From sequence record DRR378314_146: DNA of 46,033 nt, one strand, 5' to 3'. Positions 19,596 through 29,385 of this stretch are shown here, in pieces; within the stretch, counting starts at the first letter, position 1; each line of letters starts with the position of its first letter. Position numbers and translations under genes: made by a program. A model generated the notes under the pieces. It worked only from the letters and a program-made list of their open reading frames with translations, ran no database searches and was not told the origin of the DNA.

Positions 19596-20483
19596 TTATC
19601 TCAGCGGAAAGGTCAGCAATAATGCCTGACCGTCCCTCACCACTTCCAGCCGTGCGATGCCGGATGCTGCTACATCGTCATATAGCAGGCGATCACTGTC
19701 GAGATCCCCAACAGCCTGTCCGTTCAACCGCGTTACCACATCACCGGGCCTTAGCCCAGCCAAAGTGACCCCGATGTTGGGGTCTGCCTTGATCCGATAC
19801 CCGTTGTCCACAAGTTCAACACCCACGCTATCCATCGCCGCCTGCGGGTTCTGGGTGATCCGGCCACGCCACAGGTTAATGTATTCCTCTGTGGTCTCTG
19901 GCGGCGGTGCCTCGCGCAGGTCAATCGAGCCATGACCGGGCACAAGGGCGGCCGCCAGTCTGGCAAATGGATCGTTCGGATCCCCCACCTCTGGCTCCGC
20001 TGTCTGTGAAGGGGCGGCGCTGTCGCCAGTCACCACACCGTCAAATCCAACAATCAACAACGCGCCACCGTCTTTTAACGTAATCGTATCTGCGTTGATC
20101 GCAACCAATTCGGCAGATTGAACCATCTCACCAATGCGAAAGACCGAGGTGCTTCCTGCAGCCAGCACAAATGCCCGCGATTGTTCTGGATCAGGGTCAA
20201 CAAGCACACCACGCAACGCAAGGTCCAACTGCCGCCGCGCGTTTGCGGGGGCTACGGTCTGCGCCACTGCAACAGTTTGGCCAAATGGGGCCAGCGCAAG
20301 GATCGCATTGATGTCGCGTGGCGCTTCTATCGATTGATCGACGGGCGGCGCACTTACCTCCATGGGCAAGACATCCGTATGCCCGGAAAGATGCCAGCCA
20401 AGCCGGGTCGCCGCAAACACCAGTGACGCCAGCAACGCCAGAGCGACAAAGAAACTGACCAACCATAGGTGCCTTGCTGTCAT
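19596..20483 (-). CDS. gspC: Type II secretion protein GspC (HR domain plus PDZ domain)
   Basis: N-terminal TM, LALRGVL...SRAFV...FRIGE HR domain, GLRPGDVVTRLNG...VVRDG PDZ; ATGA overlap with gspI. Confidence 0.8.
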   Translation of the reverse strand: MTARHLWLVSFFVALALLASLVFAATRLGWHLSGHTDVLPMEVSAPPVDQSIEAPRDINAILALAPFGQTVAVAQTVAPANARRQLDLALRGVLVDPDPEQSRAFVLAAGSTSVFRIGEMVQSAELVAINADTITLKDGGALLIVGFDGVVTGDSAAPSQTAEPEVGDPNDPFARLAAALVPGHGSIDLREAPPPETTEEYINLWRGRITQNPQAAMDSVGVELVDNGYRIKADPNIGVTLAGLRPGDVVTRLNGQAVGDLDSDRLLYDDVAASGIARLEVVRDGQALLLTFPLR

Positions 20484-20857
20484 TGCACGCCCCCCTTCAG
20501 GGTAAGATAGCCGGTCAGGGTGACCAATGATGCATCCGCCCCCGCCGCTGCATCCGCAACCCGCACTGTCACCGCATGTAATCCCGAACCGGGCAAGGCG
20601 CGGGCGTCTTGCCGCACGGTCCAATCCACCCCAAGTGCGTTGTGCCAGCGGCCCTCCATCGCCAGCCCCAGTGATGTTGCCGCAATGGCATTCTCTGCCA
20701 CCCATCGTGCCACAACCCGGTCTGACAAGCCCCGCGTGCCCGCCGCATGACGCTCAACACCAGTCAACAATGTCATCGCTCCTACAGCAAGCACCGTCAG
20801 GGCCACGAGAGTCTCGATCAAGGTAAAACCGGCATCTGGCATGCGTTGCTCTGTCAT
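20480..20857 (-). CDS. gspI: Minor pseudopilin GspI
   Basis: G|FTLIETLVAL; A-x-WVAEN motif. Confidence 0.88.
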   Translation of the reverse strand: MTEQRMPDAGFTLIETLVALTVLAVGAMTLLTGVERHAAGTRGLSDRVVARWVAENAIAATSLGLAMEGRWHNALGVDWTVRQDARALPGSGLHAVTVRVADAAAGADASLVTLTGYLTLKGGVQ

Positions 20858-21333
20858 GAGCCCCCCTGCCCCGTTTGGGCGGCAAAGCCATCAAAGGTGA
20901 TCAACTGTTGAATACCCCCCGCCACAAGCCGCAGTTGCGCGACCCCTTCGGCGGACGGCACTAAATCAGGTGTGATCCGTAGATTGCCCTGACGGTCACC
21001 GCCAGTTTGCGACAGGAGCGCCCCGCCAGCCAACTGATGTTCCTCATTCAGCGGCGCGGCAGTGGCGACTGTCCATGCCTGCCCCTGCCATTGCAAAAAC
21101 CGATAGCCCGCCACGGTCCAGTCCAGCCGATAATGCTGACCACTGATCAGGCTGCGTTCTGCCGCAAGGTTTATCCGTGCGCTCAGCAAGTTCGCTTCCT
21201 GCTCAATCGTGCGCGCAGCACGGGCCGACGGCAGGGCATAGGTCACCACCCCGGCACTGACGCCAATCAGGACGAGCACGATCAGCACCTCAATCAAGGT
21301 TACACCGCTGTCTTTTAACCGGGCATTACCCAT
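20854..21333 (-). CDS. gspH: Minor pseudopilin GspH
   Basis: G|VTLIEVLIVL, EA-x-x-L...A-x-ERS...G, GYRF...W; lies between gspG and gspI. Confidence 0.85.
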   Translation of the reverse strand: MGNARLKDSGVTLIEVLIVLVLIGVSAGVVTYALPSARAARTIEQEANLLSARINLAAERSLISGQHYRLDWTVAGYRFLQWQGQAWTVATAAPLNEEHQLAGGALLSQTGGDRQGNLRITPDLVPSAEGVAQLRLVAGGIQQLITFDGFAAQTGQGGS

Positions 21334-21802
21334 TGGTCGCTTGTGCCGCACCAAAGGCAATATCGGCATTAGCCCCCTCGCCGCCCGGTTGCCCGTCAGC
21401 GCCAAGGGTGATCAGATCAAACCGGCCAGCTTCGCCGGGAAACCGATACACATATGGCACACCCCAAGGATCCTGCGGCATCACACTCAGATAGCCGTCA
21501 GAGGCCCAGCTGACAGGTTCCGGTGGCACGGTGGGACGTTCGACCAAGGCTGAAAGCCCCTGTGCGGTGGTGGGATAGCTGCGGTTGTCCAGCCGGTAGA
21601 TTTCAAGCGCCCCGGCGATAGAGCGCAAATCACTTTGCGCCACGGTCACCCGCGCCTCATCCGGTCGCCCGATCACATTCGGCACAACCATGGCCGCGAC
21701 CACCGCAATGATCACCAGCACAACCATCATCTCGATCAAGGTCACACCTGCCTGCGGGTCCCGCTTCTTTTTGGGTTTGCTGATGCTAAATTTATGCAAC
21801 AT
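21326..21802 (-). CDS. gspG: Major pseudopilin GspG
   Basis: G|VTLIEMMVV, YRLDN-x-x-YPTTAQGL-x-ALV, DPWG, LGADG-x-PGGEG-x-NADI. Confidence 0.95.
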   Translation of the reverse strand: MLHKFSISKPKKKRDPQAGVTLIEMMVVLVIIAVVAAMVVPNVIGRPDEARVTVAQSDLRSIAGALEIYRLDNRSYPTTAQGLSALVERPTVPPEPVSWASDGYLSVMPQDPWGVPYVYRFPGEAGRFDLITLGADGQPGGEGANADIAFGAAQATNG

Positions 21803-21804
21803 CG

Positions 21805-21831
21805 TGAAACTCTTCCCCTGTCTGATCCGTT
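21805..21831 (+). promoter_or_regulatory. Candidate ECF-sigma promoter for gspLMEF (TGAAAC-N17-CGTT)
   Basis: TGAAACT-cttcccctgtctgat-CCGT, same motif and spacing as the one upstream of the DUF4331 gene. Confidence 0.55.
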
Positions 21832-21909
21832 TTATAGGTAGTGTCACCGTCATCAGATAAGGAAAGCCGCCAAGAATCCCCGCTTTGGACCCTAGCATAG
21901 AAACCCGCT

Positions 21910-23064
21910 GTGAAAAGAAATAAAACACAGTTAAATCAAAATGATACCGGTCTTTTCGAAGATTTAGACGGGGCCAAGAAACTTGACCAGCCGCCGGCGG
22001 TTCCGCTCCATACTCCGCCCGTATCTCGGCCCCTGACACAGCTGGTCGCACCAGATCAAAAACAGCTGATCGAGATTATTCCGGCCGAGCTGGTCGCCCT
22101 GCATGCGCTTGATTTGCCGGTGCGCTCCGCCCGCCAGCGCCTTGCCGCCCTGCCGTTTGCGCTGGAAGAAACTGCTGGGTGCCCGATTGAACAGACCCAT
22201 TTCGCCCTTTGCGGTAGAACGCCGGAGGCGCGGCATCTGGCGGCAACATTGGATGCTGACGATTTTGCCAGACGTATCAGTGCCACGCCTGACCGTGCCC
22301 TTGTAGCGGAACAAATGCTGATTGCACCGGGCCAGCCAGATGAAGCGGGGCGGCACAGCTGGCGGGCATTCCGGGAGCGGGACAGAACCCTGGTACGGGT
22401 GTCTGATGGCACAGGTTTTGCAGCCCGCAGCGACATGTTGGTCACGCTTTGGCACCGCGCCAAAATGCCAGAGGTCGAAAGCTTTGGGGCGTCTTTGCCC
22501 GAGGGGATGCGCTGGCTGGACAGATCGCAAGACGGGCTGCCCCCGGTCGCTGATCTTGCTGTCTTTGACCTTCGGCAAGGGGTTCATCAACCTTCCCGCG
22601 GGCTGCTGCGGCCGCTGAAGCTGCTGGCCGCCAGCATTGCATTTGCCGCAATTGGGCATCTGGCCATTGCAGCCGCTGATGCGCGCGCACAAAGCGCCAT
22701 TGCGGATGATCTGAAAAGTCAGGCGTCTGCTAGCCTTGCCGCCCGTCTGCCAAATGCCTCCGTGGAAGCGGACCCTTCGTTGACCTTACGCCAGCTCACC
22801 GCCCTGAACCAACCCCGGCGCGGATCCGCGTTTTTACCGCTGATGGATCGCGTGTCGCAGGCGTTGCTGGCGCAGGAGGGCACAGTCCAATTCCGCCAAT
22901 TGGCATGGGCCGACGATATATTGCGCCTGACAGTCGAAGCCCCCGGACTTGACGCCCTGCAACAGGCTGAGGCCAGTCTCAAAGCGGTGGGGCTGCGGGT
23001 TAGCAGCGGCTCTGCAACTGCGGATGCGGGCGCTGCGCGGGCTGAATTGACGGTGCGCCCGTGA
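21910..23064 (+). CDS. gspL: Type II secretion protein GspL
   Basis: P-x-E-x-V...LP...ALPFALEE...HFAL cytoplasmic domain, DLRQG, one TM; precedes gspM. Confidence 0.88.
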   Translation: MKRNKTQLNQNDTGLFEDLDGAKKLDQPPAVPLHTPPVSRPLTQLVAPDQKQLIEIIPAELVALHALDLPVRSARQRLAALPFALEETAGCPIEQTHFALCGRTPEARHLAATLDADDFARRISATPDRALVAEQMLIAPGQPDEAGRHSWRAFRERDRTLVRVSDGTGFAARSDMLVTLWHRAKMPEVESFGASLPEGMRWLDRSQDGLPPVADLAVFDLRQGVHQPSRGLLRPLKLLAASIAFAAIGHLAIAAADARAQSAIADDLKSQASASLAARLPNASVEADPSLTLRQLTALNQPRRGSAFLPLMDRVSQALLAQEGTVQFRQLAWADDILRLTVEAPGLDALQQAEASLKAVGLRVSSGSATADAGAARAELTVRP

Positions 23065-23519
23065 AGGCCTTTGCCCAACTCACCCTGCGGGAACAGATCC
23101 TGCTTGCAGGCGGTGCCGCGCTGCTGCTGGTGCTTGGGGCGTGGCTCTACGTCTGGCAGCCGATCACGATGGACCGCGCCCTGCAAAACAGCCGTATCGC
23201 GCGGTATCTGAGCCTGATCGAGATTGCCCGCAGGGCCGACACTGGCACCCCGCCCCCTGTTGCCCTTCAGGCCGACGCCACACCGCTTGCCCCCCGCATT
23301 ACCCAAAGCGCCGAAGCCGCCGGTATTCCGCTGGCCCGTCTGGATCCCGAAGGCGCGCAGCTGCGGGTGACTGTTGCCAAAGTCGGCTATGCCGAGGCCA
23401 GCGCATGGATCGCGTCACTGGAAGCACGGGATGGTGTGCGGGTCTTGGCAATAGAAATGTCACGCCTGACGGAACCGGGCCAGATCACACTGCGCATGAC
23501 ACTGGAGGACGCAAGATGA
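23061..23519 (+). CDS. gspM: Type II secretion protein GspM
   Basis: LTLREQILL + TM + VWQP; W-I-x-x-LE ferredoxin-like domain. Confidence 0.88.
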   Translation: MKAFAQLTLREQILLAGGAALLLVLGAWLYVWQPITMDRALQNSRIARYLSLIEIARRADTGTPPPVALQADATPLAPRITQSAEAAGIPLARLDPEGAQLRVTVAKVGYAEASAWIASLEARDGVRVLAIEMSRLTEPGQITLRMTLEDAR

Positions 23520-25006
23520 CGGGGGCCGCACTGGGTTATAGTTTCGCCAAAGCGCAGGGTGTGCTGCTGAGCAGTGCGGAGACGCCGGACGCCGCACCCA
23601 TTTGCCGCCATCTACCAGATGCCGCCTTGCCTGCTTTGATAGAGGCGCAACGCATCGCCGGTCAGCTGATCCGTTTTGAAACGATTGAGGCGGCAGATTT
23701 TGACAAGGCGCTTTCAGCAACCTACCGCGACAGCGCATCAGAAGCGGCCAACATGGCCGAAGACGGCAGTGATGATCTAAGCGCCTTGGCCGAAACAGCG
23801 GCCAGTGTGGATGATCTGCTGGATCAGAAGGACGACGCCCCTGTGGTCCGGCTGATCAACGCCTTGCTGCTGGAAGCGGTCAAGGATGGCGCATCAGATA
23901 TCCATATCGAGGTTGAGGAAAAGCGGCTGGTGGTCCGGTTTCGGGTCGACGGTGTGTTGCGCGAAGTGCTTGAACCCCGCCGCGCATTGGCACCGCAATT
24001 GTCCAGCCGGCTGAAGGTAATGGGCAAGCTGGATATTGCCGAAAAACGCCTGCCGCAAGACGGGCGTGTCAGCTTGCGGGTGGGCAGCTACGAGTTGGAT
24101 GTGCGGATCTCTACCCTGCCATCGCAATTTGGCGAACGGGTAGTGCTGCGCCTGCTGGATCGCGGGCAAACGCAACTGGGCATCGCCCATCTGGGCATGA
24201 GCGAACGTGACAGCGCGGTATTTAACCAGATCATCACGGCCCCCGAAGGTCTGGTTCTAGTGACCGGCCCAACCGGATCGGGCAAAACCACTTCGCTTTA
24301 TGCTGCACTACATGCGCTGAATGACCGCCAACGCAACATCCTGACGGTTGAGGATCCGATAGAATATTCGATGGACGGCGTAGGGCAGATTCAGGTCAAT
24401 GCCAAGACCGAGATGACCTTTGCCCGCGGCTTGCGTGCCATTTTGCGGCAAGACCCGGATGTCATTATGGTTGGGGAAATCCGCGACGGTGAAACCGCAA
24501 AGATCGCTGTAGAAAGTGCGATGACCGGGCATCTTGTCATGTCGACCCTGCACACAAACACAGCCATTGGTGCCGTTTCGCGTTTGATTGATATGGGGGT
24601 GGAGCGCTTTTTGCTGGCCCCGATGCTGCGCGGATTGATGGCACAGAGACTGGTGCGTAAACTGTGCCCCGATTGCCGGGTGCCCCATCAGGTCAGCGCC
24701 GCAGAGGCCGCCTTGCTCTCTGGTGCATTGCCTGTCGGAACCCAGGTGTTTGCGGCAAAGGGCTGTGACACATGCGGCGGCACCGGGTATCGCGGACGCG
24801 TGCCGGTTTACGAGATCATCACCATGACCCCCGGGCTTGAGACAATGATCCACGAGGGCGCGTCAGAGGCCGATCTGACCAGTGAAGCCCGCAAAACCGC
24901 ACCCGGCATCCTGCAAGACGGGGCGCAGAAAATCCGTGACGGGTTAAGCACAGTGCAGGAAGTTGCCCGCGCGGTGCGCGATGACGGTTTGGCAGGGGGC
25001 AGTTAG
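23516..25006 (+). CDS. gspE: Type II secretion ATPase GspE
   Basis: ASDIHIE, LDIAEKRLPQDGR, Walker A GPTGSGKT, LRQDPD...GEIRD, TGHLV-x-STLH, CPDC/CDTC Zn motif. Confidence 0.96.
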   Translation: MTGAALGYSFAKAQGVLLSSAETPDAAPICRHLPDAALPALIEAQRIAGQLIRFETIEAADFDKALSATYRDSASEAANMAEDGSDDLSALAETAASVDDLLDQKDDAPVVRLINALLLEAVKDGASDIHIEVEEKRLVVRFRVDGVLREVLEPRRALAPQLSSRLKVMGKLDIAEKRLPQDGRVSLRVGSYELDVRISTLPSQFGERVVLRLLDRGQTQLGIAHLGMSERDSAVFNQIITAPEGLVLVTGPTGSGKTTSLYAALHALNDRQRNILTVEDPIEYSMDGVGQIQVNAKTEMTFARGLRAILRQDPDVIMVGEIRDGETAKIAVESAMTGHLVMSTLHTNTAIGAVSRLIDMGVERFLLAPMLRGLMAQRLVRKLCPDCRVPHQVSAAEAALLSGALPVGTQVFAAKGCDTCGGTGYRGRVPVYEIITMTPGLETMIHEGASEADLTSEARKTAPGILQDGAQKIRDGLSTVQEVARAVRDDGLAGGS

Positions 25007-25007
25007 G

Positions 25008-26216
25008 ATGCCTGCATTCCTCTACCGTGCGGTTGATCCGGCGGGCAAAAAATTCAAGGGTTTGTTGGAGGCCGCGAATGAAACCGCCGTCCGTGCGCAA
25101 TTGCGCAAACGCAAGCTGCTGCCGCTCTCGGTAGAGGCGACACAACAACGGGCGGGGGCGGCGACCGGCCTAAGGCCGCATCGGATGGCGCTGAAAAAAC
25201 AGGTTCTGGTCACCCGCCAACTGGCCACGCTGGCAGGTGCGCGGGTGCGGATCGAGGATGCGATCAAGATAGTCGCGGATCAGATGAAGGGCGCGCGGGA
25301 TATCTCACTTTTGTTGAACATGCGCAGCGCAATCATTGACGGGCGCAGTTTTGCCGAAAGCCTTGAGGATGCATCAGGCAGCTTTGACGAGTATTACCGC
25401 GCGTCCGTGCGGGCGGGGGAAAGCGCCGGTAAACTGCCACAGGTGTTGGAACATCTCGCCGTGCATATCGAGGACCGCGCCCGCAATCGCCAGACCTTAC
25501 AACTGGCGTTGATCTACCCTGCCCTTTTGGCACTGGTGTCTCTGGGTGTCATTGTGGCGCTGCTGACTTTTGTGGTGCCGGATATTGTGCGGGTGTTCAC
25601 GGCGCGGGGGGCGGAATTGCCTGCCCTGACCCGTGGATTGATTGCCGTGTCGGACTGGTTGCAACGCTGGGGGTTGATCAGCGCGGGCATTATGGCGGCG
25701 GCCATTGTCAGCATGCTGGCGGTTTTGCGGCAGCCAGCAATGCGCCTGCGCTGGGACAGATGGCTGACCCGCGCACCGGGGATCGGTGCCTTGACCCTGC
25801 GGCTGAATGCGGCGCAGTTTTCTGGCACTTTGGCGACATTGGTGCAATCGGGTGTCCCTCTTTCCGACGCATTGGCTGCGGCGGCGGGGACGGTGCCAAA
25901 CCGCTATATCCGCGCCCGCGTCGCACAGATCACACAGAACGTGCAGGATGGTGCGGTGCTGTCGAAATCGGTCGAGGCTGCCGACGTCTTTCCCCCCATG
26001 TTGGTTGCGATGATTGCCAGTGGCGAGGCGGGGGGCAAACTGGGGGATAGTCTGGACCGTGCGGCACGGGATCAGGCGGCATCGTTGAAGGCGACGGTGA
26101 CGGCGATTGTCGCATTGGTTGAACCTGCCGTCCTGCTGGTGATGGGTGGGATCGTCATGCTGTTGGTAATGTCGATCCTGATGCCGATTGTGGGGTTGAA
26201 TGCGCTTGCAGGGTGA
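25008..26216 (+). CDS. gspF: Type II secretion inner-membrane protein GspF
   Basis: MP-x-F-x-Y-x-A, TRQLATL, AGESAGKL, ALIYP, LP-x-LTR, FPP...MIASGE, EP. Confidence 0.95.
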   Translation: MPAFLYRAVDPAGKKFKGLLEAANETAVRAQLRKRKLLPLSVEATQQRAGAATGLRPHRMALKKQVLVTRQLATLAGARVRIEDAIKIVADQMKGARDISLLLNMRSAIIDGRSFAESLEDASGSFDEYYRASVRAGESAGKLPQVLEHLAVHIEDRARNRQTLQLALIYPALLALVSLGVIVALLTFVVPDIVRVFTARGAELPALTRGLIAVSDWLQRWGLISAGIMAAAIVSMLAVLRQPAMRLRWDRWLTRAPGIGALTLRLNAAQFSGTLATLVQSGVPLSDALAAAAGTVPNRYIRARVAQITQNVQDGAVLSKSVEAADVFPPMLVAMIASGEAGGKLGDSLDRAARDQAASLKATVTAIVALVEPAVLLVMGGIVMLLVMSILMPIVGLNALAG

Positions 26217-26957
26217 TCAGAACGGCAGCGTCAGGCGGATCGGGCCGCCACGGGGCAATTGTGGAAACACCTCCGCTGCCGCTGGGTGCAGCAGAATGCC
26301 CAACGTCCGGGCGCGGCTGACGCGAAGTTGTGCCAGTTCCGCCGACTGCGCCCCCGTCAGGGTCACCACCCCATCCTCCCCCAAACTGCGCAAGCGCAAG
26401 ATCAGAGGTGGCATCGCAGTCTCGCGCTGGTTCTTTTCGCAGCGCCCCGCAGGTGTGCTTATCTCTCCCGTCGCGGTAACCCTACGCCAGCCCCAGCGCA
26501 TCCCGACATCACGAAGACGGGCAGTCATATCACATGCCCATGCACCCGGCACCAATTGGGTCAACCCCGGTCCGGCCCGGCCATTGCCGCCTTGTACCGC
26601 GATGCCCCGCACCCCGGTCTGCACAATACCATCTACCCGCGTGTCATCACCGGCCAGCGTAAAGCCGGTGGCAAGATGAGGCAGCGGGAACACTTTGACG
26701 CGGCTGTTCCAGTCCAGCTGATATCCGCCCTTAAGCACAGCGCGACCGGTGCGCAGGTTGCCGTAAACCGCCACCACGGCTGGTGCCAAATTCAAGTGTC
26801 GTGTAAACAGACTTACCGGCATCCATACCCCAAGGATGCCTGCCAGTGAGACGAGGATCCCACATGCCAAAACCAATCCAGCCCCCCAGCGCAACAAGAT
26901 ATGGAACGGCCCCCGGCCCGTCACGACGGCGGCTTTTGGCGGGTCTTTCTGCGGCAT
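26217..26957 (-). CDS. gspN: GspN-like type II secretion protein
   Basis: N-terminal TM ending WMP, then G-x-L-x-x-G...L-x-W beta pattern, two Cys, C-terminal ...LTLPF; GGAG RBS before ATG 26957; lies inside the gsp locus. Confidence 0.55.
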   Translation of the reverse strand: MPQKDPPKAAVVTGRGPFHILLRWGAGLVLACGILVSLAGILGVWMPVSLFTRHLNLAPAVVAVYGNLRTGRAVLKGGYQLDWNSRVKVFPLPHLATGFTLAGDDTRVDGIVQTGVRGIAVQGGNGRAGPGLTQLVPGAWACDMTARLRDVGMRWGWRRVTATGEISTPAGRCEKNQRETAMPPLILRLRSLGEDGVVTLTGAQSAELAQLRVSRARTLGILLHPAAAEVFPQLPRGGPIRLTLPF

Positions 26958-27979
26958 CTCTGGTCTCCCTTGGGGCAGGTTGCGGGCAAGTTGCCTTCCC
27001 TGCAAGCGGTGCATCGCGAAACATTGGCGGGCCACGGAAATCCGCGCTGCTATTGCCACTTTCAGGTGCCTCTGCCGAGTTAGGCCAGACATTGCAAAGC
27101 GCCGCAACCCTTGGCGGCGGGCCGGGCATCGGGATTGAGATCATCGACAGCGGATCGACCCCGGAAACCGCTGTTTCCGCCGCACAGGCAGCCGTTGCTG
27201 CAGGTGCCAAGATGATTGTCGGGCCGGTGTTCAGCGCACAGGCGGAAGCGGTGGGCAAAGCAGTTCGTGTGCCCTTAGTAACCCTGTCCAATAACGAGGC
27301 ACTGGCTGGGGGTGGCACCTATGTGTTTGGCGTCACGCCCACGCAATCCGCACAGGCGATCCTGTCGATTGCCGCACAGCGCAATCTGCGCGAGGTCGCT
27401 GTCATTGTCCCGCCGGGGGCTTTTGGCGCACAATCAGCAGCGGCGGCTGAAAAAACCGGGCGTGCCCTTGGCCTGTCGATGCGCCCGGCCCTGGTCCTGC
27501 AAAACGCTGATGACCTGTTGGCCGCACTGCGTGCCGCCGGGGGGCTGCCGAACGCGGTCTATCTGCCCGCTGCGGATGCAACGCTTGAACCTTTTGCGCA
27601 GGCTTTGCGCGGTCAGGGCATCCAGCTTTTGGGCTCGACACAATGGTCGGCATTGGACCTGTCAGGCCGTGCCGCTTTTCGCGATGCATGGTTTGCCGCC
27701 CCTGATCCGCTGCGCTTTGCCGCTTTTGACGATGCGTTTTCCAAAGCTGCTGGTAAACCCGGCGGCATCATCAGCGGGCTGACCTTTGACGCGGTCGAAC
27801 TGCTGCGCATTCTGGGGCAGTCCGACCAATTGTCGGCAAAGGGACTGACGCGCAAGGAGGGTTTCACCGGGGTTGTCGGCCCCTATCGGTTTCAAAAATC
27901 CGGCTTGTGCGAAAGGGGTCTGGGTGTTCTCAAGGTTGGCGCAGGTGAATTCAGCTTGATCGGCAGCACCTCGGTATGA
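26864..27979 (+). CDS. LpoA/LppC-like (type I periplasmic-binding fold) Tat lipoprotein
   Basis: SRRRLL twin-Arg signal and LGAG|C; ALLLPLSG, MIVGPVFS, LSN, LLGS-x-QW, GFTGV-x-G-x-YRF...ER-x-L; GAGGA RBS before ATG 26864. Confidence 0.8.
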   Translation: MPKPIQPPSATRYGTAPGPSRRRLLAGLSAASLVSLGAGCGQVAFPASGASRNIGGPRKSALLLPLSGASAELGQTLQSAATLGGGPGIGIEIIDSGSTPETAVSAAQAAVAAGAKMIVGPVFSAQAEAVGKAVRVPLVTLSNNEALAGGGTYVFGVTPTQSAQAILSIAAQRNLREVAVIVPPGAFGAQSAAAAEKTGRALGLSMRPALVLQNADDLLAALRAAGGLPNAVYLPAADATLEPFAQALRGQGIQLLGSTQWSALDLSGRAAFRDAWFAAPDPLRFAAFDDAFSKAAGKPGGIISGLTFDAVELLRILGQSDQLSAKGLTRKEGFTGVVGPYRFQKSGLCERGLGVLKVGAGEFSLIGSTSV

Positions 27980-28527
27980 GCAAAGGACGCAGCCCCGAAA
28001 CAGGGCTGAGCCTGATCGAAGTGCTGGTCTCTCTGGCGATATTTGCATTGATCGGCATCGCCGGTCTGGCCGTGCTGAACACGGTCGCCCGCACCGGTGA
28101 GCGCACCGATGGCAGGCTGGACCGGCTGGCCGAACTGGACCGCGCCTTTCTGCTAATTTCACGTGATCTGGCACAGGTCAAAGGGGCGCAAATGACATTA
28201 GGCGACGGCGCGCTAGCGTTTCAACGTACCGGAGCACCCCGCCCCTTTAAAATCTCATTTTCCTTGCAGGACACCACCATGATCCGCCGCGTTGATCTTG
28301 GCACCAGCCTGCCGGTTGATCAGCACCTGCTTTCAGGGGTGGCCACAATACAATGGCGCCTGTTGGATCACAGCAAAAGCTGGCACGCCGTCTGGCCACC
28401 AGTCGCGCTGGACCCGCGAACCCGGCCACTGGCTGCTGAGCTGACTCTTGGCATCTGGCGCGATGGGGTGGAAGGTGCCGGCTCCCTGACCCGTCTGTTC
28501 CCCCTGCCCGCAGGACGAGGCAAATGA
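27976..28527 (+). CDS. gspJ: Minor pseudopilin GspJ
   Basis: G|LSLIEVLVSLAIFA, L-x-RA...RDL-x-Q, LL-x-GV, W-x-x-x-WP. Confidence 0.88.
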   Translation: MSKGRSPETGLSLIEVLVSLAIFALIGIAGLAVLNTVARTGERTDGRLDRLAELDRAFLLISRDLAQVKGAQMTLGDGALAFQRTGAPRPFKISFSLQDTTMIRRVDLGTSLPVDQHLLSGVATIQWRLLDHSKSWHAVWPPVALDPRTRPLAAELTLGIWRDGVEGAGSLTRLFPLPAGRGK

Positions 28528-29384
28528 ACCAGCGCAGGAAAGACAGCGGTGTGGTGCTGGTCAATGTGCTGGTCGTGCTGGCGATTGCAGGCGGCTTGAT
28601 GGTCCTGCTGATCTCCAGTCAGGAGGCCGCGCTGGACCGGATCGCCCGCGCGGCGGATGCCTCCGTGATGACACAGATCGCCATGGGGGCAGAGGCCAGC
28701 GTGGTCGATGCCCTGCGTCGTGATCTGGATGACGCCCCGGAAACAGACCATTTTAACGAACCATGGGCGCGTAGCGTGATACAGGATGAGGTGCTGCTGC
28801 CCACCGGCCGGTTCTCTGTACAGATCACCGATCTGCAAGCCAAGTTCGACGTGAACCTGCTGATGGATGTGACCGCCGGCACGCAGGACTTTGCACGCCG
28901 CCTGATGGTCGCGGTTGAACAACCGCCCGAAATGGCCAACCGGATCGCGCGGGTTCTAGCCGCCATTGGACCCGTGGCAAAGCTGGAAGATCTGGAAAAC
29001 TACGGTGTCTCACAGGAAACACTGGCAGCAATTGCCCCACATGTAACTGCCTTGCCCGTTCCGGGGACAATCAATCTGAACTCGGTCAATCCGTTCCTGC
29101 TGAATGTGATGCTGAAAAACCGAAGCCAAACCGCACAGCTGATCCGAACACGTGAGAGCCGTGGGGCGCTGTCGCGGGAAGCGCTGCACAATGTCGGTGC
29201 CCTGCGTCCGCAAAACAGCGGCTTCACCTCAAATGCCTATCTTGTCGATATCCTGGCAACCGCCGGGGAGGCGCAGATCAGGATGCAATCTGTTGTCATC
29301 CGCCGCAATGCGCGAGGAGAAAAAGCAGTGGAGATTGTAGAGCGCCGCTTTCTGTATGAAGATCCCGACATAGCCACAAATTAA
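28524..29384 (+). CDS. gspK: Minor pseudopilin GspK
   Basis: G|VVLVNVL (no E5), A-x-GAE, DH-x-x-EPWA, I-x-DLQAKF-x-VN, IN-x-N. Confidence 0.88.
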   Translation: MNQRRKDSGVVLVNVLVVLAIAGGLMVLLISSQEAALDRIARAADASVMTQIAMGAEASVVDALRRDLDDAPETDHFNEPWARSVIQDEVLLPTGRFSVQITDLQAKFDVNLLMDVTAGTQDFARRLMVAVEQPPEMANRIARVLAAIGPVAKLEDLENYGVSQETLAAIAPHVTALPVPGTINLNSVNPFLLNVMLKNRSQTAQLIRTRESRGALSREALHNVGALRPQNSGFTSNAYLVDILATAGEAQIRMQSVVIRRNARGEKAVEIVERRFLYEDPDIATN

Positions 29385-29385
29385 A

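Noticed and set aside
20484-20705. N-terminal extension of GspC (likewise the ORF-track extensions of gspG, gspH, pcaQ, DUF849, the single REC and the PAS kinase)
   Set aside because: They overlap neighbouring genes or promoters and look non-protein-like; downstream starts fit family N-termini and RBSs.
23141-23515. 125-aa N-terminal extension of GspE in the ORF track
   Set aside because: Overlaps gspM in another frame; ATG 23516 has a GGAGG RBS and ATGA coupling.
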